From Candidatus Bathyarchaeota archaeon (GTDB taxonomy: Archaea; Thermoproteota; Bathyarchaeia; Bathyarchaeales; Bathycorpusculaceae), in contig OY969706.1 in the NCBI GenBank assembly GCA_963702095.1, positions 1,760,001-1,824,000 on the forward strand: a stretch of DNA of 64,000 nt. Reading direction: 5' to 3'. The position numbers and the translations under genes were made by a program. Of the stretch, positions 1-10,358 are shown in pieces. Within the stretch, counting starts at the first letter, position 1. Each line of letters begins with the position of its first letter. The notes under the pieces are model-generated. The model did not search any database. It was not told where the DNA came from and saw nothing but the letters and a program-made list of their open reading frames with translations.

Positions 1-562
1 GGTGCCAAGTGAATCCAGCATATGTTGAACGTTCGATGTGAGTAGATTATGAGCGTTTCTTAAGTTAAGGTATCTGGTTAGTACAAGGGCAGTTTTTTGG
101 GACAGAGATGTCGGCATGGGTTGAACATAGTAGGGACTACTTGTATTGCCGGGCGAGTTCTTATAGTATGATAAATGGCAGTAAATGGAATCTCCTAATG
201 AATTGTTCGCCTAAAATAACTGTGTTTCCGTCTTTTGAAGTTAGATTGTAATTGACGCACTCCGGAGATAATCCGTCATAGGCTTGTGCAAATTGTGGTG
301 AAACCAAAAAGTCACTGGCCAGTGTTATGTTGTATTCTGAGGTATCGAATCCTAGTAAGCTTGTCATGGAATCGACGGCTTGAGCCCTTATTTTTAGTTG
401 CGCTGCATCTGTTGAGTTCATCACTGAGGTAAAAGGCGGCGTTGAAGTTGCCGAACTGCTTTGTGTGATTGCTGAGCAGTTACCGACATACATAGAAACC
501 AACAGCAATCCTATGACAAACATACATCCCAACGCAATAGATCGTTTTTTCGATAGTTCCAT
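1..562 (-). CDS. Secreted/membrane-anchored hypothetical protein; frameshift near 195, continues off the window edge
   Basis: Signal peptide (MELSKKRSIALGCMFVIGLLLVSMYVGNCSA). After ~195 another frame (GDSIYCHLSYYKNSPGNTSSPYYVQPMP...) stays open to position 1. Confidence 0.65.
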
Positions 563-568
563 GTTTTA

Positions 569-1540
569 TCACCAACGGGGTAAAACCAAGCTTCCATCAC
601 CGTACACTCGCATCTGACCAGGTTGGGACCATGTCGATGTAGAGCTGTCCCAGCCGTCTGAGTAGCCATTGCAAAGCGAAAGCTGCGAGAAAGAAGAAGC
701 GGCGCCTCCAGTAGAATAATAAGTTGCATAATCAAGACATGAGTTCACAGGATATCCGCAGCACAGATAAATGTAGAAGTAGTCAACGAACGTTTTGTAG
801 GTAACATCTCCGCCCCAAGCTTCATATTCAAATCTTTGGCTGAGGTCCCGATCTCGCCCTTGAAAACTGATATAACAATAGCCCGAATAATCAGGGCTTG
901 CATAGCCATTGGTGCTATAAGATTGTCCGCGTAGCCAAGCATATGCCATTCCGACCCAACCCGTACCATTTTGCCAGTCTGTATACCCATACAAATTAGC
1001 GTTTGCGGGGTCTGTAATTACATTTCCATATTGATCGTAACGCCAGAATAGATTAGCATCTGCGCAAGTGTAAATGAATGTAAAAATGCATTTCGACCAC
1101 CCTGGATAAATATTTAGAGCTTCGTGAATACCGTTAGAAGGCCCATCATAACCACAGTAATTATAGTGAACCGTTCCGCTTGTTGTTGAGGGATAATAAT
1201 TCCCTACGTGAAATGTCGCTACATAATCATAGCTAGGGTTCCCTTGAATATTCCCATAGTCGTTGTAAACATTTGTTCCACTAGTGCCAGGATATCCATA
1301 ACCGTTCATAGGTTGCCAACTCCAAAAATCATAGGTTGCAAAATAACTGTTTATGTCAGCACACGTTTGCTGTTCATAGCCTGCTTCCATATCACTTTGC
1401 CAATACCCCGAGCCCCAAATCATTGATGCACGAGTTGCGCTCGCAGAAGGAAAACATAGAGAAGCAAATGTAAAGCATAAGACACAAATCAATGCTATCA
1501 ACGCTTTTGTCGAATGTTTTATCTTTAGCAAAAGAATCAC
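569..1540 (-). CDS. Secreted Tyr/Gly/Cys-rich protein, possibly caspase/gingipain-like fold
   Basis: 323-aa ORF with signal peptide ending PSASA; FHVG and IYTC segments resemble a His/Cys dyad arrangement (weak). Confidence 0.65.
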   Translation of the reverse strand: MILLLKIKHSTKALIALICVLCFTFASLCFPSASATRASMIWGSGYWQSDMEAGYEQQTCADINSYFATYDFWSWQPMNGYGYPGTSGTNVYNDYGNIQGNPSYDYVATFHVGNYYPSTTSGTVHYNYCGYDGPSNGIHEALNIYPGWSKCIFTFIYTCADANLFWRYDQYGNVITDPANANLYGYTDWQNGTGWVGMAYAWLRGQSYSTNGYASPDYSGYCYISFQGRDRDLSQRFEYEAWGGDVTYKTFVDYFYIYLCCGYPVNSCLDYATYYSTGGAASSFSQLSLCNGYSDGWDSSTSTWSQPGQMRVYGDGSLVLPRW

Positions 1541-1910
1541 TTCTTTTTTCCTTTTATTTACTTGAAACCAGACGTAGAACCCTTAGCTGGGTTCAAAGTC
1601 TAGCCTCAGCAAGCCTAGTTAGATATTAATTGCCTATTAGTTTTTGTATGACTTCAAAAAGTGAATATATCATTTGTCTGAACACTTAACTGTAAATATT
1701 CAATTAGAAAAGGGCAATATTGTTACGCTTTGTTACCTAACCTGAATTTTATAAGGCATAACTTAAAAAAAGAATCTTTTTTTAGACAAAAATGCTAGAG
1801 ATAACTAAATTCCTGTTAAATGGCTAAAGTGAAAAAGAGAGTATCGGGAGAGAAGTAATTAAGTGAGAACGTTTTTGAGGATAACAGTGGGAAAACGGTT
1901 TTTTTGACAG

Positions 1911-2046
1911 ATCTGCTTGTGGTTTACTCCACAACCCGTCTGCAATGTGCTTCAACCGCAGAACCGAGAAAGCACATCACAGCATAGCCCGCGGGTAGAT
2001 GATGAGTAAGGGCGGCGCTCTCTTCTTCTTAACACTAGAAAAACAA
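1911..2046 (+). repeat. Dispersed intergenic element family A, copy A1
   Basis: Aligns by eye with four other copies: TCTGCTTG..CCACAACC..CGCAGA..GATGATGAGTAAGGGCG..TCTTCTTCT..AACACTAGAAAAACAA. Confidence 0.9.
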
Positions 2047-2196
2047 TCCGCTGTTTATCGCCAAAACGTCTCTGTTGCCCTTCTTATCCATGCAAAACAG
2101 CATTATAATCTATAGAGTTAATTGGAATTTTGAGGTAATTTTGAACTTACTCTTAAATATATGTGCATAAATTTCTATTGTTAAAGGTTGTAGAGA

Positions 2197-2607
2197 ATGG
2201 TAGAGCAAAAACTACACGCAACTCTAATTACCGGTAGAACTATCGAACAGGGCGTTGCAAAGGAGCTGGGAAAAGGCTCCATAGAGTACTATGACAGCTG
2301 CGCCGTTTGCTTCTTCGACAAATCTGACATGGTGAAGCTGGGCATAAAAAAAGGTTCAACCATCCGAGTCACCTCGAAGTTCGGCTCAGTCATAGTTAAA
2401 GCCCAAAGATATCCCTGGGGAACAATGCAGGGGATGGTTTTTATTCCATGCGGTTCATGGGCAAACGCCATCACTGGCGACGACACCTACAGCATGGGTA
2501 TGCCTCTCTTCAAAGGGTTCCCTGTTGAAGTTGAGATTGCTCTAAACGAACCCGTCTTAACCTTAGATGAGCTCTTACTCAAAGAGTTTGGGAGGAACAG
2601 TCAATGA
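2197..2607 (+). CDS. fwdD: Formylmethanofuran dehydrogenase subunit D
   Basis: LITGRTIEQG, VFIPCGSWAN and GMPLFKG motifs; first gene of a fwd operon. Confidence 0.92.
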   Translation: MVEQKLHATLITGRTIEQGVAKELGKGSIEYYDSCAVCFFDKSDMVKLGIKKGSTIRVTSKFGSVIVKAQRYPWGTMQGMVFIPCGSWANAITGDDTYSMGMPLFKGFPVEVEIALNEPVLTLDELLLKEFGRNSQ

Positions 2608-4170
2608 GTAAAGTTGTGGAAAACGTAGTTTGTCCAATCTGCGGTTGCCTCTGCGACGACTTAGAAGTAACGGTGGAAAACAACGAAATCGTAAAGATGA
2701 AGAATGGCTGCTCAGTATGCGAAGCAAAGATGGTTCACGGCTACAAAAGCGAAGAACGCATCCTCAAACCACATATTCGCAAGGACGGCAAACTTGTACC
2801 TGTCTCCATGGATGAAGCAATCAAAAAAGCCGCCCAAATCTTAACAGACGCCAAATACCCGCTTCTCTTCGGTTGGAGCAGCACCGTCGGCGAAGCCCAA
2901 CGCATCGGCGTCGAGTTAGCTGAAGAACTCGGTTCAACACTGGACAACTGCTGCAGTGTCTGCCATGGTCCCTCAGTGATGGCGACACAGGAAATCGGCA
3001 TACCAGCCGCAACCTTAGGCCAAATCCGTCACCGCGCAGACCTAATCGTTTACTGGGCATGCAACCCATGGACTAGTCACCCACGCCACGTTGAACGCTA
3101 CACAGCATTCACTGACTGGCCGCTTCGAAGGAAGCGAATGGAAAGATTACATGCAGAAACTCAAAGCCGGCGCAAGCCGCAAAAAAATGGAAGTAGCTTC
3201 AAAACGCATCGCACGCGCCGAGCCACCCATCCATCCCGCCGTATGCTTCACAGGTCCCCCGCCTCAGACACTGCAAAAGCATGGGCGCAAAATGATTGTA
3301 GTTGATGTGCGCAAAACCATGACTGCGGAAGCCGCAGACTATTTCATGCAAATTGAACCCAACCGTGACTACGATGTAATCGAGGCGTTGCGGTGTTTAG
3401 TTCAGGACCAAGAAATCGACGTTGACAAAGTAGGCGGAGTTCCCGTTGACTACCTCCGTGACGTCGCTGACGCCATGATGAACTGTGAATTCGGCGTTAT
3501 CTTCTTCGGCTTAGGCATGACTCAGAGCCTGGGCAGATTCCGAAACATCGAAATCGCCATTGCACTCGCCCGTGACCTCAACAGAAAAACCAAGTTCATC
3601 ATTTCACCCATGAGAGGGCACTTTAATGTTACAGGCGCCAACATTGTTTTCGCTTGGCAAACCGGTTACCCCTATGCAATCGACTTCTCACAGGGTTACC
3701 CACAGTATAACCCCGGAGAAAACACCGTTATTGACCTGCTAAAACGCGGTGACAACGACGCAACCATGGTTATCTCCGCTGACCCCGGCGCTCACTTCCC
3801 CAAAGTCGCCATGCAAAACATGGTAAAGTACCCCTTAATCACCATCAACCCCGACTGGAACGCCATTTCAAGAATAGGCGACGTAGTGTTTCCGACGCAG
3901 TGGTGCGGCATTGAATATGCAGGCACCGCCTACCGCATGGATTCAGTTCCGATTACACTCAGAAAAGTTGTTAATGCACCCAAGGGCGTGTTTACTGACC
4001 AGGAACTTTTAACCCGCATTCTTGATGAAGTCCGCGCTATTAAAGTAAAAAGAGGCGACATGGTCGAACAAGCTGAGGTAAAACCCATTCACCAAGAAGT
4101 TAAAGTCAAGGCTGAGAAACCTTGTCCTGAACCAAAAAAAACAGTGAAAAAGAAGGTGGTTGCTAAATGA
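2604..4170 (+). CDS. fwdB: Formylmethanofuran dehydrogenase subunit B (one +1 frameshift near 3117)
   Basis: CPICGCLCDD, CHGPS and HPRH in ORF 2604-3305; MRGHFNV, TGYPYAIDFS and GTAYRMD in ORF 3091-4170. Removing one T at actgac(t)ggc restores FTDGRFE. Confidence 0.92.
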
Positions 4171-5867
4171 CTGAAATACTCATAAAAAACGGTTTCGTAG
4201 TAGACCCCTTACACAAGATTAACTGTGAAAAGATGGATATAGCCATCAAAGACGGCAAAATCGTTAGGGATGTTAACGAGAAAACAGCCCAAGTCATCGA
4301 CGCATCAGGCATGACAGTTATGGCTGGCGGAGTAGACATTCACAGTCACATAGCCGGCGCAGAAGTTAACATGGGCAGAATGATTCGCCCCGAAGATCAC
4401 TACAAAGACGTCGTGGCAAAAACCGCTATTACCCGCGCAGGCACAGGCTACTCGATTCCCTCCACCTTCGTTACAGGCTACCGCTACTCAGAGATGGGTT
4501 ACACATCCGTCTTCAATGGTTCCATAGCGCCGCTGAAAGCCAAACACTGCCATGAAGAACTAAACGACATACCCCTCATGGATAAAGCAACTTACGTTTT
4601 AACAGGCGACTGGTGGTTTGTACTTGAAAACCTCGCCAAAGGCGACATAGACGAATGCGCTCGCCTAGTCGCTTGGCTACTGCAAGCCTCACGTGGATAC
4701 GCCATCAAAGTCGTGAACCCCGGCGGCTTAGAATCCTGGGGTTTCGGACACAACGTACACAGCATCGACGACCAAGTGCCCAACTTCTGCATCACACCCA
4801 GAGAAATCATGCGCGGCTTAGTCAAAGTTAACAAGAAACTCAACTTGCCCCACACCATCCACCTCCACACTAACAATCTCGGAGTCCCCGGCAACTACCA
4901 AACCACACTGGACACCATGAAGGCGCTGGAGGACCTCTCAACAGACGGCAAACCAGTTTGCCACATTACCCATGTTCAATTCGCAGCTTTCAAAGGCGAA
5001 AACTGGGGCAAATTCAAATCAGGCGCAGAAGAAATCGCCAACTACATGAACGCCCACACCCACATAACCTTAGACATGGGGCAAGTGACATTCAAAGACA
5101 CTACAACCATGACTGCCGATGGCCCCTTCGAGTTCAGCCTCTATGAACTGGGCGGCCACAACAAATGGGTTAACAGCGATATCGAAACCGAGAGCAGCGG
5201 CGGCATCATACCTTTCCACTACAAGAAAAACAGCCCCGTCAACGCGTTGCAGTGGTCTATTGGCTTAGAAATAGCGTTGCTAATTAAGGACCCATGGAAA
5301 ATCTTCATGACCACCGACCACCCCAACGGCGGACCCTTCTACGATTACCCCAAAGTACTTTCTTGGCTATACAGCAAAAAAGCACGTGAAGCCACCCTTG
5401 CGAAGTGCCACAAGAGCGCCAGGAGAAAGAGCTTGCTGCCTTCGATTGACCGCGAGTTGAGCCTCTACGAAATTGCTATCATGACCCGCGCAGGCACTGC
5501 TAAAGCGCTGGGGTTACCCAATAAGGGTCACCTCGGCGTTGGTGCAGATGCAGACGTAGCCATCTTCAACATTAACCCTGAAACCTTAGACATCACACAG
5601 AAGTTCCGAACTGCCCGCAAAGCCTTCGCAAATTCAGCTTACACCATCAAAGATGGCGTAATAGTTGTTAAAGACGGTCAAGTGGTTAACAGCCAAGTTC
5701 CGGGCAGAACCATATGGGTTGACTCGCAAACCAAGGATCCCTGCAGAATCGATGATGATATGAAACGCAAATTCCGAGAGTACTGGACCATCGAATACGA
5801 AAACTACGCAGTTACCGACCACTACGTAAAGGTTCCAGATAAACTAACCATAAAGGCAAGTGTGTAA
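4167..5867 (+). CDS. fwdA: Formylmethanofuran dehydrogenase subunit A
   Basis: Amidohydrolase DIHSHIAG, KVVNPGG, HLHTNNLG and TTDHPNGGPF motifs. Confidence 0.95.
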   Translation: MTEILIKNGFVVDPLHKINCEKMDIAIKDGKIVRDVNEKTAQVIDASGMTVMAGGVDIHSHIAGAEVNMGRMIRPEDHYKDVVAKTAITRAGTGYSIPSTFVTGYRYSEMGYTSVFNGSIAPLKAKHCHEELNDIPLMDKATYVLTGDWWFVLENLAKGDIDECARLVAWLLQASRGYAIKVVNPGGLESWGFGHNVHSIDDQVPNFCITPREIMRGLVKVNKKLNLPHTIHLHTNNLGVPGNYQTTLDTMKALEDLSTDGKPVCHITHVQFAAFKGENWGKFKSGAEEIANYMNAHTHITLDMGQVTFKDTTTMTADGPFEFSLYELGGHNKWVNSDIETESSGGIIPFHYKKNSPVNALQWSIGLEIALLIKDPWKIFMTTDHPNGGPFYDYPKVLSWLYSKKAREATLAKCHKSARRKSLLPSIDRELSLYEIAIMTRAGTAKALGLPNKGHLGVGADADVAIFNINPETLDITQKFRTARKAFANSAYTIKDGVIVVKDGQVVNSQVPGRTIWVDSQTKDPCRIDDDMKRKFREYWTIEYENYAVTDHYVKVPDKLTIKASV

Positions 5868-5869
5868 CC

Positions 5870-6679
5870 ATGATAACCCTCACACCTCTTAGAACCTTCG
5901 AAGTCCCCCTCCAAGCACCCTGCATCACACCCGACAACTTTGCAGGCAAAACAAAAGCTGAAATCGCAAAGCTCCCCCTAACCGAAGGCAACCGCAACCT
6001 TACAATCGGTGACCTCTTCAAAATTGAAGAATCCCCCGAAGCCACACCCAACATCACCTTAAACGGAGACTTTGGCAAAGTCAAACGTGTCGGCCAACGC
6101 ATGCAAACCGGCGAAATCGTATGCAACGGCAACATCGGCATGCATACAGGCGAAATGATGGCAGGCGGCAAAATCACGATTAACGGCAATGCAGGCGGCT
6201 GGACAGGCAGCGAAATGAAGAAAGGCACCATTGAAATCCACGGCAACGGCGGCGACTACCTTGCATCGCCCTCCAGAGGCAACGACGCCGGAATGAAAGG
6301 CGGCTTAATCACCGTTGACGGCAACGTAGGCACCGACGTAGGCTGCTACCTCAAAGGCGGCGTAATCAAAGTCAAAGGCTCAGCCGGCAAATTCCTCGGT
6401 TACCACATGAGCGACGGAGCCATCTACGTTGAGAAAGAGTGCGATGTCCGAGCAGGCGCATGTATGCATGGCGGAAAAATCATTGTCGGGGGCGCCTTGG
6501 AAATCTTGCCGTCATTCACGATAGACAACACTAAACCCAAAGTCAAAGTCGACGACACCCAAAGCGTGGCGGGACCCTTCTATGTGTTCCTAGGCGACCT
6601 TTCTGAGCACGGCACAGGCAAAATCTTTGCAAACAAAGCCGCAAACACTGCATTGAAATTCTACGAAAAATACCTCTAA
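5870..6679 (+). CDS. fwdC: Formylmethanofuran dehydrogenase subunit C
   Basis: GxxMxGGxI beta-helix repeats; operon position. Confidence 0.95.
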   Translation: MITLTPLRTFEVPLQAPCITPDNFAGKTKAEIAKLPLTEGNRNLTIGDLFKIEESPEATPNITLNGDFGKVKRVGQRMQTGEIVCNGNIGMHTGEMMAGGKITINGNAGGWTGSEMKKGTIEIHGNGGDYLASPSRGNDAGMKGGLITVDGNVGTDVGCYLKGGVIKVKGSAGKFLGYHMSDGAIYVEKECDVRAGACMHGGKIIVGGALEILPSFTIDNTKPKVKVDDTQSVAGPFYVFLGDLSEHGTGKIFANKAANTALKFYEKYL

Positions 6680-6794
6680 TTGGGCACTTTTTACCCTCAT
6701 TACTTTCGTTTTTTTTGTTCGTAAAGCTATGCTTTTGTAGCCGAATGACTTATCAGCGCCATTTAATTTTTAGAAGCATGCGGATTGAATTGTT

Positions 6795-7580
6795 ATGCGC
6801 CAAGTTGACATGACAAGGCTTGACCTTTCAGCGGGTACAGCCACCAAAATGATGGATTGGGTCGCGGAGGAGGTTCCGCTTAAAATAACCGTTAACAGCG
6901 AATACACTTTTGTCATCTGGTGCTCGCCCATGCAGTTCAAAGAGTTAGCTGTGGGGCACCTCTACGCCGAAGGCATCCTGCACTCGGTGGATGAAATCGA
7001 CGGGGTAACTGCGGGCGAGGTAAAAAACTTCTGCTATGTGCAATTCAAACCTGAAATCGACATTGGCGAACGCATGGAGAACCGACGCCAAGGAGCCCGA
7101 ATCGTGCCTTTGCTCAAAGCCAGCACCGCAGCCTACCAAAAAGACGCTAAACTATCCGTTGTACAATCGGATTTTACTGTTAAAGCGCAGGTTATCTTAG
7201 ACGCCATCGCCCAGATGAACGAAAAAGCCTGTGGCTTCCGCGAAACAGGCGGGCTCCACGACAGCGGCATATTTAGAGCCGACGGCACCATGGTTGCCTT
7301 CTCCGAGGATGTGGGCAGACACAACACCGTAGACAAAGTCATCGGCGAAGCCCTGCTTAACCGCTTAAACTTTGGCGAATGCTTCATGGTCATAACGGGC
7401 AGGGTGCCAGGCGACATGATTTACAAGGCGGCGAAAGTTGGTTTGCCTGTTTTGGCTTCGGTGGCGGCGGTGCTAAACTCTGGTGTAGCTTCAGCCGAGA
7501 AAGCCCACGTCACTGTTGTGGGGTTTGTGCGGGGTAAACGTATGAACGTCTACACTTGTCCAGGGCGGATCCAGCTTTAA
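6795..7580 (+). CDS. fdhD: FdhD sulfurtransferase
   Basis: EEVPL, ELAVGHLYAEG, TGGLH and EDVGRHNTVDK motifs. Confidence 0.92.
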   Translation: MRQVDMTRLDLSAGTATKMMDWVAEEVPLKITVNSEYTFVIWCSPMQFKELAVGHLYAEGILHSVDEIDGVTAGEVKNFCYVQFKPEIDIGERMENRRQGARIVPLLKASTAAYQKDAKLSVVQSDFTVKAQVILDAIAQMNEKACGFRETGGLHDSGIFRADGTMVAFSEDVGRHNTVDKVIGEALLNRLNFGECFMVITGRVPGDMIYKAAKVGLPVLASVAAVLNSGVASAEKAHVTVVGFVRGKRMNVYTCPGRIQL

Positions 7581-8116
7581 TCTTTGATTTCTTTTTTTAG
7601 TATCCCAATCAGTTTGACGCCTTCCTCAGGCAACTTAACCAGCGGTATCCCATCAAAACTGGTTTCAGGTGTGCCCTTTGTGTACAAGCCTGTAATCGCC
7701 AGCACTGGTCCAGAAGTGCCCTGCAGGGTTCGCTCCAAATCTTCTTTCTCTTTGGCAGTAACGATTTTTATGATGTCTTGGCGTTTAGAAATCAAACCGT
7801 GGAAGCCCTCTATGAAAACTATGTCGAGCCGTTCGTTCCGAATAAGCCCCAGTATTCTGTCGAGGTCTTTTAGTTCCTGCTCAGTCTTTTTTATGATGTC
7901 GATTTCATGGGGAGAGACGCCGACGACGACTTTGGCGCCTGCCTGAGCATAACGCCAAGTGTTGGTCCCTTCCCTGTCGATGGAAAAGTTTTCGTGGTGA
8001 ATGTGCTTAACTGCGCCGACGCAGTAGCCTTCCCCTGAGAAATGGGAAATGAGGTATTCGAGGACGGTGGTTTTTCCCGAGCCACTGATTCCAACTGATG
8101 CGATGATTAAAACCGT
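7577..8116 (-). CDS. mobB: Molybdopterin-guanine dinucleotide biosynthesis protein B (apparent ACG start)
   Basis: Manual translation upstream of the 72-aa track ORF, in frame: VLIIASVGISGSGKTT..AVKHIHH..IDREGTNTWRY..IEGFH. No ATG/GTG/TTG before the upstream in-frame TAG. Confidence 0.88.
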   Translation of the reverse strand, partial: TVLIIASVGISGSGKTTVLEYLISHFSGEGYCVGAVKHIHHENFSIDREGTNTWRYAQAGAKVVVGVSPHEIDIIKKTEQELKDLDRILGLIRNERLDIVFIEGFHGLISKRQDIIKIVTAKEKEDLERTLQGTSGPVLAITGLYTKGTPETSFDGIPLVKLPEEGVKLIGILKKEIKD

Positions 8117-8308
8117 TGTTTTTTCTCTCCGTTGGATGTGATGGACTTGGCTTGTAATAAATAATGTCTCTGCCTACCTATAGCATGCCGACTATTCAAC
8201 GGTGCTAATTCCTGTGGCTAACAATACAGGATTTTGTTTGCGCTGATGGCGAACTTGCGGGTTTTCATTGGGCAGAATAAAGAGGTTAATGCAGAGTCCA
8301 AAACGCGT

Positions 8309-9988
8309 TTAGAGGTAGGCTTCTGTTACGTATCTGCGCATCATGCGGTGGCTGTTGAAGTAATACGCGATTTTTCCAATCGAGTTCTTCATAAGCCCGA
8401 TCCATTCGTCTCTGCGGTCATAATAGGTTGGGGTGATGACGTATTCGAGTTTGTTGTAGAGGTCCTCGAATTCTTTCTGGAAGCAAACGGGGTCGTCGAT
8501 GTTTTCGTTGGGGTGTGGTCCAATAGCCCAGCCGGTGAGGTTTTCTATCCAGCCCTCAATCCACCAGCCGTCGAGCACGCTGAAATTGAGGACGCCGTTG
8601 TGGGCTGCTTTCATGCCGCTGGTTCCAGACGCCTCCATCGGACGCAGTGGAGTATTTAACCACACATCCACGCCGCCCACCATTTTAGCAGCAATAGACA
8701 TGTCATAATTTTCTAAATACACGATTTCTAGGTCGCCCTTGAGTTGTTTGGCGTAGCTAAAGATTTGCTCGATTAAGCGTTTGCCGCCGCCGTCTCTTGG
8801 ATGTGCTTTGCCGGCGAATACTGCTTGGATTTTGGTTTTGTGGCTAATTGTGCGTAGCCGCTCAAGGTTAGAGAATAACAGCGTGGCACGTTTGTATTCG
8901 GTGGCTCGCCTAGCAAACCCCAATGTGAAGACATCGGGGTCAAGTTGGGCGTTGGCGGTTTGATTTGCGTAGTCAATAAGTGTCTGTTTTTGTTCTTGGT
9001 GTGCCTGCCAGATTTCGCCGTCGGGAATCAAATCCACTTTGGCGAGCAGTTCAGGCTCATTTGCCCAGCTGGGGAGGTATTCGTCGAATAGTTTGCGGTA
9101 GCTCTCTCCTGTCCAAGTGTAGGAGTGGACGCCGTTGGTTATGGCATGGATTTCGTAGCCTGTGAACATTTTGGAAGAGATTTCTTGGTGCCGTTTGGCG
9201 ACGCCGTTAACGTAGTTGCTGAGGTTGAGTGCGAGGCGCGTCATGTTGAGGCGTTCTTCGCCGCCGTAATCCTTGAGCAACGACAAATCGACTGTTTCGA
9301 GGACTTCGCGCACCAAGCCATAGTTGAAACGGTCATGTCCCGCTTCCACCGGCGTGTGAGTGGTAAAAACACAGAGTTCCTTGACTTTTTCCTCGGCCAT
9401 CGCGTATTTACGCATGAGTTCAACCGCTAAGAAGCTTGAGTGTCCCTCGTTCATGTGGTACTTGCGCACGTGGAAACCTAACGCGTCAAGCATGCGTACG
9501 CCGCCGAAACCCAAGATGGCTTCTTGTTTTAGGCGGTAGCGTTCGTCGCCGCCGTAGAGGTAATAGGTTATTTCACGATCCTGCGTTGCGTTGGCGTCGA
9601 AATCGGTGTCTAGGAACAACACTGGGACCACGCCACCTGGGATGCTTCTGTACTTGTAGAGCCAAGCCTTAACTTTGACTGTGCGTCCCTCGATCTGCAC
9701 GAAAACCTCGTTGGGCAGAAGCTTCATGAATTTTTCGGGGAACCATTCGTTAGGCTGTTCGGTTTGGCGGCCGTTTGCATCGAGTTTCTGCTTGAAATAG
9801 TTGCGGTGACTGATCAGGGTGACTCCGACGAGAGGCAGTTTCAAATCGGCGCTTGATCGTATGGCGTCGCCTGCTAGGGTGCCTAAGCCGCCTGCGTAAG
9901 TGGGAATCTCATTGGTTAAGCCTATTTCCATGGAGAAATAAGCGATTTTCTGCCCCTTTAGCACACCCTGTAAGTCATCGATTTGCAA
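8309..9988 (-). CDS. glgP: Alpha-glucan (glycogen) phosphorylase
   Basis: AYFSMEIG, YAGGLG, HMNEGH, ARRATEYKR and EASGTSGMKA (PLP lysine) motifs. Confidence 0.95.
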   Translation of the reverse strand: MQIDDLQGVLKGQKIAYFSMEIGLTNEIPTYAGGLGTLAGDAIRSSADLKLPLVGVTLISHRNYFKQKLDANGRQTEQPNEWFPEKFMKLLPNEVFVQIEGRTVKVKAWLYKYRSIPGGVVPVLFLDTDFDANATQDREITYYLYGGDERYRLKQEAILGFGGVRMLDALGFHVRKYHMNEGHSSFLAVELMRKYAMAEEKVKELCVFTTHTPVEAGHDRFNYGLVREVLETVDLSLLKDYGGEERLNMTRLALNLSNYVNGVAKRHQEISSKMFTGYEIHAITNGVHSYTWTGESYRKLFDEYLPSWANEPELLAKVDLIPDGEIWQAHQEQKQTLIDYANQTANAQLDPDVFTLGFARRATEYKRATLLFSNLERLRTISHKTKIQAVFAGKAHPRDGGGKRLIEQIFSYAKQLKGDLEIVYLENYDMSIAAKMVGGVDVWLNTPLRPMEASGTSGMKAAHNGVLNFSVLDGWWIEGWIENLTGWAIGPHPNENIDDPVCFQKEFEDLYNKLEYVITPTYYDRRDEWIGLMKNSIGKIAYYFNSHRMMRRYVTEAYL

Positions 9989-10187
9989 TTATGTTATGCC
10001 CCCTCTCTTGCGCTTAGAATCTGCCCTGTACTATTCTAAACGTAACTTATGCATTGGGTTGCGTTTAATATCTACCTTTCCGTAAAATACGTGTTTTCAT
10101 CGAGTGGTGTACAATAGAACATTTTTTTCATGAAATCGATTCAGGGCACTCTATTTTGCCGTCGAAGGCTCTGGGCTTTGATTGATT

Positions 10188-10322
10188 TTGTTTTTCTATT
10201 GTTAGATGAAGGCGGAGCGTCTCTTACTCTTCTTCTTCCTGTGGGCTTTGCTGGCGGCTGTTTTTTTGCTTCTGCGTTTGGCTTGGGTTGCTGGCTGGTT
10301 GTGGAGCAAGCCTCAATCAGAA
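10188..10322 (-). repeat. Dispersed element family A, copy A2
   Basis: Reverse complement aligns without gaps over the 99-nt core; tail reads GAAGAAGAAGAGTAA. Confidence 0.85.
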
Positions 10323-10358
10323 CACCAAACCTTTAGTCCACTGATTTAAAAAGGGAGA

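Noticed and set aside
1998-2009. ATGATGA in family A read as box C of a C/D guide RNA
   Set aside because: No conserved CTGA box D follows, and copy A2 has AAGAAGA instead.
3091-3305. Programmed frameshift or natural split in fwdB
   Set aside because: One extra base restores the frame, there is no slippery sequence, and similar indels recur across the window.
10317-10319. TGA in copy A2 where other copies have TGC, suggesting selenocysteine
   Set aside because: It lies before the conserved TTG, is a single substitution, and has no other Sec support.
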